Shown in pieces: positions 16,960 to 25,774 of a DNA stretch of 59,649 nucleotides. The position numbers and the translations under genes are program-made. The notes under the pieces were generated by a model, which was given only the letters and a program-made list of their open reading frames with translations, ran no database searches and was not told where the DNA came from. The stretch lies in IMG/VR virus record IMGVR_UViG_3300034280_000211, positions 1 to 59,649 of that record, one strand, 5' to 3'. Positions within the stretch are counted from its first letter, which is position 1; every line of letters begins with the position of its first letter. The stretch comes from a virus (Duplodnaviria > Caudoviricetes).

Positions 16960-17321
16960 TCGGGCTCCACAGAACGAAGGAGACTCTCCAACAATTCGGC
17001 GTAGTGGTTCGGGCGTTCGGATGCGAACCCGCTCTCCAGGAGGAACCCGGTCAGTGTTTCCCCGGAGGAAATATCTTGGAGATCGCCAAGCAGCCGGCCG
17101 TACGGATCCCGGAACCAGTCGGAGGTGATGAGCCGGAACCGCCCGCCCTCCTGGTGGACCTCGCACCAGTCAACGATGGCCTGCTTGGCATCGTCATTGC
17201 AGTACACACCTTCCAGCACCATGTACTGGGTGAGCATGGACTGCACCTGTGGTACTGCGGAGCGAATCATCACTGTGTCTGGCCTAGTAACTCTGACCAC
17301 TATGGCTTCCGTGCCGACCAT
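16956..17321 (-). CDS. Thermonuclease (SNase)-like protein
   Basis: VVRV...DT, D.YGRLLG, LL..G.A. Confidence 0.65.
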   Translation of the reverse strand: MVGTEAIVVRVTRPDTVMIRSAVPQVQSMLTQYMVLEGVYCNDDAKQAIVDWCEVHQEGGRFRLITSDWFRDPYGRLLGDLQDISSGETLTGFLLESGFASERPNHYAELLESLLRSVEPE

Positions 17322-17698
17322 CCCTGGACGTTCCTTAGTCTTTCTTCCTTGTAAGCATCGGGTAGTTCTTTTGGTTCGTAACCGAGATGCTTTTTGTGCT
17401 TTAGTGATGCGAGGAACTTGGGGTCGTAGTTAGAAGGGTCGCACTCTCGCTTCACGCCCAAGAGTATACTCTTGTCCAGGTCGTGAAGTCCAGTGATGAA
17501 TGACCCCGAGTGCAAGACGGTGTGGCAGTTGTTACAGAGCCTGACATATTGCCTGATGTCATGCTTGCGTCCGGCTCCGCCAACGAGGTGATGCACCTCC
17601 AGCCAGCGACGGCCGTCGCTCTCCGGCCACCAGCAGACGGCGCAAGATCGATGCTCCTCCAGCCAGCTTTGGAGATCAATGCGTTCTTGCTTGTTCAT
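17300..17698 (-). CDS. HNH endonuclease
   Basis: CAVC, EVHHL, LC..CH...H. Confidence 0.8.
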   Translation of the reverse strand: MNKQERIDLQSWLEEHRSCAVCWWPESDGRRWLEVHHLVGGAGRKHDIRQYVRLCNNCHTVLHSGSFITGLHDLDKSILLGVKRECDPSNYDPKFLASLKHKKHLGYEPKELPDAYKEERLRNVQGWSARKP

Positions 17699-18149
17699 TT
17701 ATTGCAGCAGAAACATCTGAAAGAAACTTGCAAAACTCTTCGTCGGAATGATGGCCCTTGGCAGCATTCAAACCCCACAAAATCATTCTTGTGTTCTCTT
17801 GCAGGTATCCGAGTGAACTGTCAATCCTGTCTGGAGATGGCCTGCGTAATGACATGTGCCCGTAATCAAACGGAATCCCTGTGATCTCGCACACTCCAGC
17901 GGAAAGTTTTTGCGAAAACCAGTCCACGGTCAGGTCAAACGTCAGCGTGCGATCCAACGCGCGAGTTCTAGCCGACCGATATAAAGCCATAGCCGGATTC
18001 GCTAAACGCCATTCCCGAGTTTTCTGGCGGTTGCATTCACGGCAAATGTTATGTAGGCCGTCAGGGCGACGACTGTCTGCCGAAAAGCACGATCTCGGCA
18101 ACGACCTGCCGCAAGCACCTCCGCACAACTTCTCAGCCTCCGCGATCAT
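17676..18149 (-). CDS. HNH-type endonuclease with Zn finger
   Basis: DGL...C.EC, CEITG, SPDRIDSSLGY...N...LN..K. Confidence 0.8.
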   Translation of the reverse strand: MIAEAEKLCGGACGRSLPRSCFSADSRRPDGLHNICRECNRQKTREWRLANPAMALYRSARTRALDRTLTFDLTVDWFSQKLSAGVCEITGIPFDYGHMSLRRPSPDRIDSSLGYLQENTRMILWGLNAAKGHHSDEEFCKFLSDVSAAINEQARTH

Positions 18150-18199
18150 CCTCCACGCCTAACTACCCGTCGTGCCGAATAGTGTACGGCGGTACACAA

Positions 18200-18535
18200 C
18201 GCAAGTAAATCACACAGTTAAACGGTGGAGAGAGGCAGGCAGGCGACTCCGGCCGGAACCGGAGACGGCTGCGTTAAACGGCGGAGCCGAGTGAGGCAGA
18301 CGGGCGTGCGTAGTTGATTACGGAGTCCACGGCCTTCTCATCCTTCTCTCCGTGCGGCGGGTCCGAGACCTTGCATCCAGGGCTGGAGTCGTCAGCATGC
18401 CCTGCTTTCCGCAAAACCAATGGTTGACCTGTATCCCAGGCCGGGCCATTGGTGGTGCCAATCACTCGCCTACCCCATGGGGCGGCTTCGGCTGATGGCG
18501 TTTGGCCGGAACTCCGGCGCCGGTCGACAATCGGG
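18200..18535 (-). ncRNA. Candidate structured ncRNA / cis element
   Basis: Long gene-free gap with consecutive stem-loops and a 14-bp direct repeat; strand uncertain. Confidence 0.4.
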
Positions 18536-18538
18536 GTC

Positions 18539-19162
18539 TTACTTAAACTCGCGGGTGAACATCGTTCTCCAGCCTGGAATGCGGAGCCTGCATCGCTCCT
18601 CGTTCCAGCGGCAGAACTCTGTCAGATCCCGTGATTCGTATTGAGGAAGCGCCTTCGCCATCGACCAGAGATGCCACGCATAGGTGGCCATCTCGGCGCA
18701 GTAGCGGTCGCTTTCCTGGCGTGTCGCCAGCTTCAGTTCGCCCCGGGTAATGGACCCGGAGGTGTACGCTGCCCACTCGTCCAGGAGCATGAGCGGCTGG
18801 ACGGACCAGTACTCCGTCGCTCCCTGCTTGCGGTAGGTTTCGTAGATCGATCCCCGTTCTTCCTTGGGGATCGCGGCGAAGACCTCGGCCGTCAGAAGCG
18901 GAGGCGTGGGGATGAAGACCCGTATACCGTTTCCGATATACACGCCGTGGAACCCGGTCTTCCCACGGCACAGGAAGTGATTGCCTTCATGGGCGTAGGT
19001 GACAAGATCGGCGTCCTTGGCGTCCGTGTTTACCGGGAGCCGGGCCGCAATGTCGGTCAGCGTCCAGGGGAATGCTGCCGGCGGAGACGAGACAACCGGG
19101 GCGTACTCCACCTCGGCTGCACCAGCCGCAAGCTCCCCGAATAACACGATCAAACTGATCAT
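18539..19162 (-). CDS. Secreted HExxH zinc metallopeptidase-like protein
   Basis: Hydrophobic N-terminus; AHEGNH and a downstream DEW.AY third-ligand motif. Confidence 0.65.
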   Translation of the reverse strand: MISLIVLFGELAAGAAEVEYAPVVSSPPAAFPWTLTDIAARLPVNTDAKDADLVTYAHEGNHFLCRGKTGFHGVYIGNGIRVFIPTPPLLTAEVFAAIPKEERGSIYETYRKQGATEYWSVQPLMLLDEWAAYTSGSITRGELKLATRQESDRYCAEMATYAWHLWSMAKALPQYESRDLTEFCRWNEERCRLRIPGWRTMFTREFK

Positions 19163-19190
19163 GGCACTTCCTTGTGCGGCGTCATCTTAG

Positions 19191-19802
19191 CTACTCGTCT
19201 TCTGAAATGCCATCATAGAAATACGCTTCGTCCTTGCTCACATCGAACGAGCAAGACTCCGAATGGTAAGTGTCCTCCTGGACCGAATAGCCAACCGACC
19301 CCGGATCTGGATGGGCACCGATAAAATACCCGTCCGTCCATGCAATGCGGTTTGTCGGGAGTGCCAGGAGGTTTCCGTCCCAGGTCTCCATGACATGGGC
19401 ACACTTGTTCTGTTCCGGCCGCAGCGTAAACCCTGGGCGTTCCGGGGAATCCGGTAGCCAGTCCACGGTGAACAGGTATGAAGCGCTGACGTTCCCGGTG
19501 CGTGTCCGGCAGATAGCCTCATGTTCATGGAGGTAGGAGAACACAGTGATGATCGGCCGGCTGGAGAAGCAGTCCCACAACTGGCATGTACTCAGGGCAA
19601 TCGTCGGGGCGTCTGGCTCCGTGCAGATCGCATGGATCGGCACGTTCCGGTAGTGGGCCCCGGACTTCAACATCACATGGAACCCAAGGGCCCTGCCGGC
19701 CACGGACTGGACGGCAAAGGCATAGCCCTCCTCCAGTCCCTCCTTCTTGGAGATGAAGGGGAGCCTGACCCACACACGCTGAAAGGGAATGTCGGCGTTC
19801 AT
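19191..19802 (-). CDS. Conserved phage hypothetical protein
   Basis: WDCFS, YLFTVDW, KCAH and P.NR motifs; start at MNADIP. Confidence 0.7.
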   Translation of the reverse strand: MNADIPFQRVWVRLPFISKKEGLEEGYAFAVQSVAGRALGFHVMLKSGAHYRNVPIHAICTEPDAPTIALSTCQLWDCFSSRPIITVFSYLHEHEAICRTRTGNVSASYLFTVDWLPDSPERPGFTLRPEQNKCAHVMETWDGNLLALPTNRIAWTDGYFIGAHPDPGSVGYSVQEDTYHSESCSFDVSKDEAYFYDGISEDE

Positions 19803-19942
19803 TTGGCAAGCATCCAGAGCCCGATGTTTGAAAATGCGTAGCCGGCGTAGGCCAACGACATCCCGGTATTGCCGCGCGCAAACTGATCCACGGCAACGTA
19901 CAGATAGATAACGCCTGTAATGGCAATCAGCGTTCCACTCAT
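19799..19942 (-). CDS. Small membrane protein
   Basis: LI..TG.IY...Y.GYAFSNIGL pattern. Confidence 0.7.
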   Translation of the reverse strand: MSGTLIAITGVIYLYVAVDQFARGNTGMSLAYAGYAFSNIGLWMLAK

Positions 19943-20018
19943 GGCTCCCCCATGGATAGGTTGTAAAGCAGCATGGCACACGCAAAGATCAGGGCAATGA
20001 ACCACTGCATAGGGTCGA

Positions 20019-20294
20019 TCATCGGTAGACAACCCCGGCGGTCATGGAGCCAGTGTGAACTTCCACGCAGCACGCACGCGGAAACTCCTGGCTAATCCTT
20101 TCCGCAGAAGCGACGAGATCCTCCGCATCAAGCTGCGCCTTGTGAGCATGAACCCAGTTGCCCACCACGGCGTAGTCAGACTCCGCAGATGGACCATCCT
20201 TAGTCCGCTCCATCCATACCCGGATGTTCCTGTTGAGCGTCCGGAACCGCAGAACGTTCTCAGGTGTCTTTCGCTTGGTTGTGAACCACATCAT
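20019..20294 (-). CDS. Hypothetical protein
   Basis: GGAGG SD. Confidence 0.6.
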   Translation of the reverse strand: MMWFTTKRKTPENVLRFRTLNRNIRVWMERTKDGPSAESDYAVVGNWVHAHKAQLDAEDLVASAERISQEFPRACCVEVHTGSMTAGVVYR

Positions 20295-20496
20295 CGCGTT
20301 GCCTCCTTGCAATAGCTGGGCCGTTGGGCCCGTAATGAAACTCCAGTCCCGCATCATCCAGTGCCTTCAGCATGTCGGCGTTCTTCACCGAGTGCTGATG
20401 ATTCCGCTCGCGGAGATCAGTGATATGTCCGATGGCCTCCCGTGCGAGACCGTCCCCCTCGGTAGCCATCCACTCCAGCTTTCCAAGCAGGCTCAT
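20260..20496 (-). CDS. Hypothetical protein
   Basis: Coupled ORF. Confidence 0.55.
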   Translation of the reverse strand: MSLLGKLEWMATEGDGLAREAIGHITDLRERNHQHSVKNADMLKALDDAGLEFHYGPNGPAIARRQRDDVVHNQAKDT

Positions 20497-20921
20497 GCCT
20501 CACCCCCATCGTCAAAGATGTCCGGGTGGTTCCCCATCATGTACGCGACGACTGGAGTGCCTGTTTTATAGACAGACTTGTACATGCGCCAGAACCTCTC
20601 TTGTCCGCCGCAGAGTTCGACCATCGTCTTCCAATCGTGCGGCGTCTTGCTGATGTCATTACCGTCCGCATTGCAATACTCAATCTCTAAATCGGTTGCG
20701 GGGATCTGCTCAACGAGACCAGAGTTTCCCCACCACTCAGAGTCAAACTCTGGTAATCCCTGCATAAAAACGCATGTGCCCGATACTCGCAAGTATTCAA
20801 AAGCCGATGGATTCCCGTACTCGTCCATGGTGTCAAATAGGTCTGCAATGCTGCTGACAACAGCAACTCCAAGCAAGTTGCCGCTGTTGTCGCCGCGCTC
20901 ACGAATCAAATAAGTTCTCAT
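20493..20921 (-). CDS. Hypothetical protein
   Basis: 142-aa ORF that looks more AT-rich than its neighbours. Confidence 0.65.
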   Translation of the reverse strand: MRTYLIRERGDNSGNLLGVAVVSSIADLFDTMDEYGNPSAFEYLRVSGTCVFMQGLPEFDSEWWGNSGLVEQIPATDLEIEYCNADGNDISKTPHDWKTMVELCGGQERFWRMYKSVYKTGTPVVAYMMGNHPDIFDDGGEA

Positions 20922-20924
20922 GCT

Positions 20925-21542
20925 TCACCCCATGTGCTTTCTAGTTTTCTTCTGAGTCTTTCCATCTCGGCCTCCAGCATCCGGATGCGTTTTCGCAACG
21001 TATCGTTCTCTTTCCTCAACCTCTCCTCCTCCTCGGACGAAGAGACTGGTGTCTCCATCTACGAACTCCAGGAAATCTTGCGGGTACAGGTACTGTTCCA
21101 ACTCATCTGCGTGGCGTAGGTGCTCCTTCGGTGCTACGAGCATCCCCATGTCATGACCGCGAGTGCGGTCCTTCACCGTCTTCTCTTCCCATGAATCATC
21201 CCTGTCTAGAGGCGTGATCCACACCCACTTGCCTGTCACCGAAGACAGGAACACATAGGCAAATGGATGAATGAACTCCCGGCCCAGGCCGCGTGTGTCG
21301 TCTACGAACACGGTCGGGTACGGAAAGTCGTCCGGACACGTAAACTTCAGACTCCGTTCTTTAATCTCCACGGACATGAGGACTGCTGCGTCTGGCGTGC
21401 CGCAGTGATCCAATGTCTTGCTGTGATTAGTCAGCAAGAGCTTCTTGCCGTGAGCCGCCGACCGGCCGGAGTCGCGCTGGGAATCAACCCAAGCGCGCTC
21501 CGCACGGTGGCCGCTGTTAAGAGCCGCTCGGAATTGCCGCAT
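20925..21542 (-). CDS. Putative PD-(D/E)XK nuclease
   Basis: G..AE, PD, VEIKER. Confidence 0.6.
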   Translation of the reverse strand: MRQFRAALNSGHRAERAWVDSQRDSGRSAAHGKKLLLTNHSKTLDHCGTPDAAVLMSVEIKERSLKFTCPDDFPYPTVFVDDTRGLGREFIHPFAYVFLSSVTGKWVWITPLDRDDSWEEKTVKDRTRGHDMGMLVAPKEHLRHADELEQYLYPQDFLEFVDGDTSLFVRGGGEVEERERYVAKTHPDAGGRDGKTQKKTRKHMG

Positions 21543-22044
21543 AGTTCCAACCAGTCCATTGGTAGGATTGAATCTCCACCCGATCAGGAGAAACGCTCTC
21601 CCAACGGTCCTCACGCTGCCGTATCTCCTTGGCCATCGCGAGGATTTCTTCGGGACTTGGGTCACCCGGCTGGTAACCGTCGTCCAGATACTCCATCCAG
21701 TCCGGGATAAACTCAGCCGTGCGAAGTGCGTCGGCGTCGTCACGCACGCCGTGCGCCCACCACAGCGGCTTGCCAAACCATTCCGCGATGTCCTCGTCGG
21801 TAATGTCAGGCACCCTCATGGCCACCAGAGCCAGACGTTCCTGAGACGGAACCTTCCCGCAGTGACGCAGGATTCGGAGGACGCCAACAGTTGCGGCCTT
21901 TCCCAATCCCAGGCTCTTGCCCACCGTCATCGGCGGCTCGCCGTTGACGATCACGCGATGGTACAACTGCCCAGCGAAAAGGAGCGGACAGTAGACTGCA
22001 TACTCTTCGCCAAAAATTGGGGCGTACATGTCCCGCTTTCTCAT
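21517..22044 (-). CDS. Hypothetical DNA-binding protein
   Basis: GGAGGAG SD; HTH-like DEDIAEWFG. Confidence 0.6.
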   Translation of the reverse strand: MRKRDMYAPIFGEEYAVYCPLLFAGQLYHRVIVNGEPPMTVGKSLGLGKAATVGVLRILRHCGKVPSQERLALVAMRVPDITDEDIAEWFGKPLWWAHGVRDDADALRTAEFIPDWMEYLDDGYQPGDPSPEEILAMAKEIRQREDRWESVSPDRVEIQSYQWTGWNYAAIPSGS

Positions 22045-22112
22045 AACTCTCCTCCTTGGTAAACGTCTCCGGAAACACATGCGGGATTTCAAACACCTCC
22101 CGCACCACAGCA

Positions 22113-23144
22113 TCAATTAAGTCTGGCTCGCTCACGGCGATCCCTTTCCTTTCTGAACAGGTTCTTCACCCAGCCCTCACGTAGGTCACGGCAGGCCCAA
22201 TGGATGTAGCCATTCGTTAACTCCGACATCTTCATGCCGGCGTACTTGCCCTTCAGCGGGTTGAAGTAAGTGCCGACGCACCGCGACCCGGCGCCAATGT
22301 CAAACTCGCGGCGGCGAATACTTCCAGATGCCTGCCCCCTGGTAGCGGCGCGGCGGGCTTCGATCTCCAACGCCAACTTCCGCTTGGCCTCTTCCTCCGC
22401 ACGCAGGGCAGCAAGCTCCGCTTCCGTCAGTGGAGCCTTGGCCTCCGCCGCACGGCGCTTCACCTCCTTCACAACCTCTGGCCCGGCCTGGACAAACATG
22501 TCCACGGCCGTGACGAGACGGTGATCCAGGCTGGCGTCGGTGCAGTCAACAATTTTGAAGTGCGGCTTGGCGCTCTCGGCTATGCGTTGCCGGCGGAGGT
22601 CGGGAGTGGAGCCCTGGAAATCGACCACTCCCGGCAATGGACGAGTAGCGCGGCCAACACACTGGAGCCAAAAGCTCCGAGAGCGAGTTGGTCTTCCGAG
22701 TATGAGTGTTGCAGTTGGAGGGAAGTCGAAGCCAACGGCCACAACTTGGCAATTAACCAGCACCTGAACATCTCGCGTCTTAAAACGTCGCAGATTCTCT
22801 CGGCGTTCATCCTCGTCCTGTTTGCCATGCACATAAACTGACGGAATTCCGTAGTTATTGTTGAGGTAATGGCACACCCCGGCAGCCGCAGCCACGCCCG
22901 CAGTGAACACCACGGTCTGGCCTTCCATCTCTTCCTGAGTGATCAGGCAGATTCGCTGAAGGGTTGCTTCTTTGACCATCTCGTCAGCCAGTGCGGATTG
23001 TTTAAAGTCGTCGCCTACGATTGCTATTCCGCTGAGATCCAAGGAGGCAACCTTGGAGATGCGACAGACGGGGGGCACGGACCAGCCGTTGTCGATTGCC
23101 CATCGGAGGTCGTAGTTACACAAGGATTGTTCGTAGAACTGCAT
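22113..23144 (-). CDS. SF2 (DEAD/DEAH) helicase, C-terminal half
   Basis: TVVF, VHG, LVNC.V...GFD.P, RPT.S...Q.VGR..R; C-terminal GKY.G...Y..W. Confidence 0.88.
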   Translation of the reverse strand: MQFYEQSLCNYDLRWAIDNGWSVPPVCRISKVASLDLSGIAIVGDDFKQSALADEMVKEATLQRICLITQEEMEGQTVVFTAGVAAAAGVCHYLNNNYGIPSVYVHGKQDEDERRENLRRFKTRDVQVLVNCQVVAVGFDFPPTATLILGRPTRSRSFWLQCVGRATRPLPGVVDFQGSTPDLRRQRIAESAKPHFKIVDCTDASLDHRLVTAVDMFVQAGPEVVKEVKRRAAEAKAPLTEAELAALRAEEEAKRKLALEIEARRAATRGQASGSIRRREFDIGAGSRCVGTYFNPLKGKYAGMKMSELTNGYIHWACRDLREGWVKNLFRKERDRRERARLN

Positions 23145-23629
23145 AGTAAACCCCTCCCGTCCATCCGAAATGGAGTCGCCGTAAACCCAGCAATCATCGC
23201 CCCGTCGTTTTGAAAGTAACGCAACATCTCAACCACTGGCTCACTGCACATCAGGTGAGCCTCGTCCACAATCACCAACTGAAAATCACGGAACCGCTTG
23301 TAGCGCGGCTCCCCGCCCCGCCGGCTGAGTAGCGTCTGCTTCGATGCCACAATCACCTTGCTGGGGTAATCCTCTTCCGCACGGAAGTCGGCCATCTCAA
23401 CATCAGGATCCTGCTCTGTGATGTCCCGCACCTTTTCAATCGCCTGCCAGACCAGCTCACGCATCGGGCAGATGATCAACGTCCGACCAAGAATCCGTGC
23501 AGCCAATGTCACAAAGATCACGGTCTTGCCAGCACCCGTAAACAAGCCGTTGAGCGTGGAGGTAACACCACGATCCATAGCCTGGAGGTTGGCGGTAACA
23601 ATCTCTTCTTGGTAGTCACGGAGTTCCAT
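23024..23629 (-). CDS. SF2 helicase, N-terminal ATPase half
   Basis: LRDYQ, TGAGKT, DEAH, GFTATP. Confidence 0.9.
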   Translation of the reverse strand: MELRDYQEEIVTANLQAMDRGVTSTLNGLFTGAGKTVIFVTLAARILGRTLIICPMRELVWQAIEKVRDITEQDPDVEMADFRAEEDYPSKVIVASKQTLLSRRGGEPRYKRFRDFQLVIVDEAHLMCSEPVVEMLRYFQNDGAMIAGFTATPFRMDGRGLLCSSTNNPCVTTTSDGQSTTAGPCPPSVASPRLPPWISAE

Positions 23630-23678
23630 AAGAAAAAACCCGGGGGCGAGGAGGGACGGGGGTTGCCTCGCCCCCGGG
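23630..23678 (-). terminator. Rho-independent terminator between ssb and helicase
   Basis: 13-bp stem followed by TTTTTTCTT, directly before the helicase ATG. Confidence 0.75.
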
Positions 23679-23684
23679 GAGCCA

Positions 23685-24014
23685 TCAGAAGGTGGCGAAC
23701 TCCTCCTGGGGCTCAGGGCGCTTCCCTGCGCCCAACAACGTGAGGGAGCGGACGGCCAAAACCATCTTGCTCTTCTTCTGTCCGTCCTTCTCCCAGGACT
23801 GCTGATCCAGTTCCCCGGTCACGCAGACCTGACAGCCTTTGACGAGGTACTCCAGTACGCCGCCGATACGCCAGTGATCGCAGTCCAAGAACATGACCTT
23901 GTCCTTGCGGCCATTGACCGCGATGGAGTAGCGACCGACCTCGGTCTCGCCGACCATCTTGGACTCAGCGTCCTTAGTGATCCGCCCAGTAAACGTGCAG
24001 ACATTCGTATCCAT
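23685..24014 (-). CDS. ssb: Single-stranded DNA-binding protein
   Basis: N...GR..KD.E, IAV, KG..V.V.G.L, W..DGQK.S and an acidic/aromatic tail. Confidence 0.92.
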   Translation of the reverse strand: MDTNVCTFTGRITKDAESKMVGETEVGRYSIAVNGRKDKVMFLDCDHWRIGGVLEYLVKGCQVCVTGELDQQSWEKDGQKKSKMVLAVRSLTLLGAGKRPEPQEEFATF

Positions 24015-24016
24015 GA

Positions 24017-24652
24017 TTACGCCTCAACTTTCTGATAGGTGTCATCAAACTTCTTCTGGATCCGTTCCAGAACCGCCTTCGGGCATGCCTTCTCCAACAC
24101 ACGCTGCTTCACCAACGAGACAACCTTCTTTGCCTCGTCCACGCTCTTGGCTTCCGCGAGCGCCTTGGTCGCCTTGCTCTCAATCTCCATCCCCTTGGTG
24201 ACGGCATCCGCCTCCGACGAGCGGGCCGTGTGCTGCACGGAGTTGCCGTCGTCGTCAGCCTCACCGGAGAAACCTCCGGTGAGCGCCATGAGGAGCGTCC
24301 GCTTGGCATACGTCATCGCCGCGCCGAAGCCCTGCATGTCACCCTTCGGATTGACAAGCGGAGCTACGCCTGAGATGTACTGACCGCTGCTGTGCCGGAG
24401 CGTGCCGACCAGCACCCACTGCGAGCCTGCGAGACCCGGACGAAAATCGGGAAGCGCAATCCCGTTCTTTGTCAGCGGGCCACGCAGGGACTCGCAGCAT
24501 TGAGCAAACGAACTGAACTTGCTGCGGAAGTGCGGGTTCGCACTATCCAGAGCAACGGCCTGGTACTCCGATTGAGCCTTGGCCAAAGCCTTCGTCAGTT
24601 CAGCCGTCTCCGGCGAACTACTGGGCCCGAGAATGAATTGATTGTCCATCAT
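24017..24652 (-). CDS. ERF-family ssDNA annealing protein
   Basis: NPHF.SK, L.HSSGQ, Q..G.A.TYAKR..L, DDDG. Confidence 0.9.
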   Translation of the reverse strand: MMDNQFILGPSSSPETAELTKALAKAQSEYQAVALDSANPHFRSKFSSFAQCCESLRGPLTKNGIALPDFRPGLAGSQWVLVGTLRHSSGQYISGVAPLVNPKGDMQGFGAAMTYAKRTLLMALTGGFSGEADDDGNSVQHTARSSEADAVTKGMEIESKATKALAEAKSVDEAKKVVSLVKQRVLEKACPKAVLERIQKKFDDTYQKVEA

Positions 24653-25497
24653 ATAAGCACCTCCTCCTTCTTCTGTGCCCACGGCGGAATCACTAACTCC
24701 GTGATCTCGCCAAACGTCGCGGGCGTGTAGATCCCCGTCTCTCTCCGCAAACGAACTTCCTCCATGACTCGCTCCATACGCCGGCCGGCTTCCTCCACAA
24801 CTTCCTGTGGGAGGTAGAACACTTGGCAATCAAACGGCGGCACCGAATGAACAAACACAAACGGCATGCGGAAGTGATCCATGCCCATCGCCATCGCGGC
24901 ACGGACATAAAGCCACTCTTGTTCCGAGTAGCCGTATGAAAACACGCTGCGGTACAACTCGTCCCACGGCGCGGAGGTGGACTTCAGGTCCCACCAGTAG
25001 TCGATGGCACAACCGTCAGGCCGGACCTTCACGCGGTGGCCGTTGATCTCGCAGAAGACAGAGACCTGAGTCTCCACCGTCTCCTTCACACACCTCAGTG
25101 CAGCAGGGTTCGCAAGCAGGGACTCCGCCATCGTGCGGAGTTTGAATGCGTACTCCTCGTTGCAGGCAATCTTGCCCGTGGCGACCGTCTCGGCTTCCCA
25201 CTCCTTGTACGCCTTCGTCCCACGCCGGCCGTCAACGCCTAGCACATCAGCCGGGGCAATGGCCAGGAGCTTGTCCATCTCCTTGCCGTCGCAAATCTCC
25301 ATGACGAGCGTGTCGAAGTCGGATCCCAGGCTTGTGGCGCTGTTGCCTTCAAAGATTCTGTGGCCCAGGTCCAGCCACCTTTGAGCGAATCCACCACCCT
25401 TCAGTACGGCGACAAAAAAAGACCGCGAATCGAAATCGTTCTGTGCGAAGTAGTCGGCGTTCGCCATGCCGACAACCTTCCTTGGCAACGTGTCCAT
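24649..25497 (-). CDS. RecE/Exo VIII-like PD-(D/E)XK exonuclease (DUF3799-like)
   Basis: K.RPD, DLKST, Y..Q...Y, F.FV. Confidence 0.85.
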   Translation of the reverse strand: MDTLPRKVVGMANADYFAQNDFDSRSFFVAVLKGGGFAQRWLDLGHRIFEGNSATSLGSDFDTLVMEICDGKEMDKLLAIAPADVLGVDGRRGTKAYKEWEAETVATGKIACNEEYAFKLRTMAESLLANPAALRCVKETVETQVSVFCEINGHRVKVRPDGCAIDYWWDLKSTSAPWDELYRSVFSYGYSEQEWLYVRAAMAMGMDHFRMPFVFVHSVPPFDCQVFYLPQEVVEEAGRRMERVMEEVRLRRETGIYTPATFGEITELVIPPWAQKKEEVLI

Positions 25498-25695
25498 ACG
25501 TTCACTCCTAGTTCTTAGACCGAATCCTCTGAAGACGGCGGTAGGCGGCGATGAAATCGCCAAGCTGTCCCAAGGCCAGCAGGGTCAGTGCAAAGCCGGA
25601 CCAGCGAAGAAAAATGAAGGTGGTCAGCGCGGCCAGATAGGCGGCGCTAAGAATGGGGTAGTCCCGGGAGAAAACCCCTGCCAGCCATGCGTAGA

Positions 25696-25713
25696 CAACT
25701 GAGCTACGCGCGC
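25696..25713 (-). other. tRNA 5'-end fragment (Arg-like), candidate attP core
   Basis: GCGCGCGTAGCTCAGTTG matches acceptor strand + TA + D-arm; lies next to the integrase. Confidence 0.55.
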
Positions 25714-25725
25714 GATTGTGGGGGC

Positions 25726-25753
25726 TTGACCCCTCTCCTGGGACGGATATCTT
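25726..25753 (+). promoter_or_regulatory. Putative sigma-70 promoter of the recombinase (TTGACC-N16-TATCTT)
   Basis: Located just upstream of ATG 25775. Confidence 0.45.
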
Positions 25754-25774
25754 CTCCCCCCCGAGAGCTACACC

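Noticed and set aside
17676-18535. IscB/HEARO-type RNA-guided nuclease (HNH next to structured RNA)
   Set aside because: The protein is 157 aa with no PLMP or RuvC motifs and appears to have its own promoter
25640-25760. Complete tRNA gene
   Set aside because: Only the first 18 nt fit; no anticodon arm, T arm or 3' acceptor strand follows
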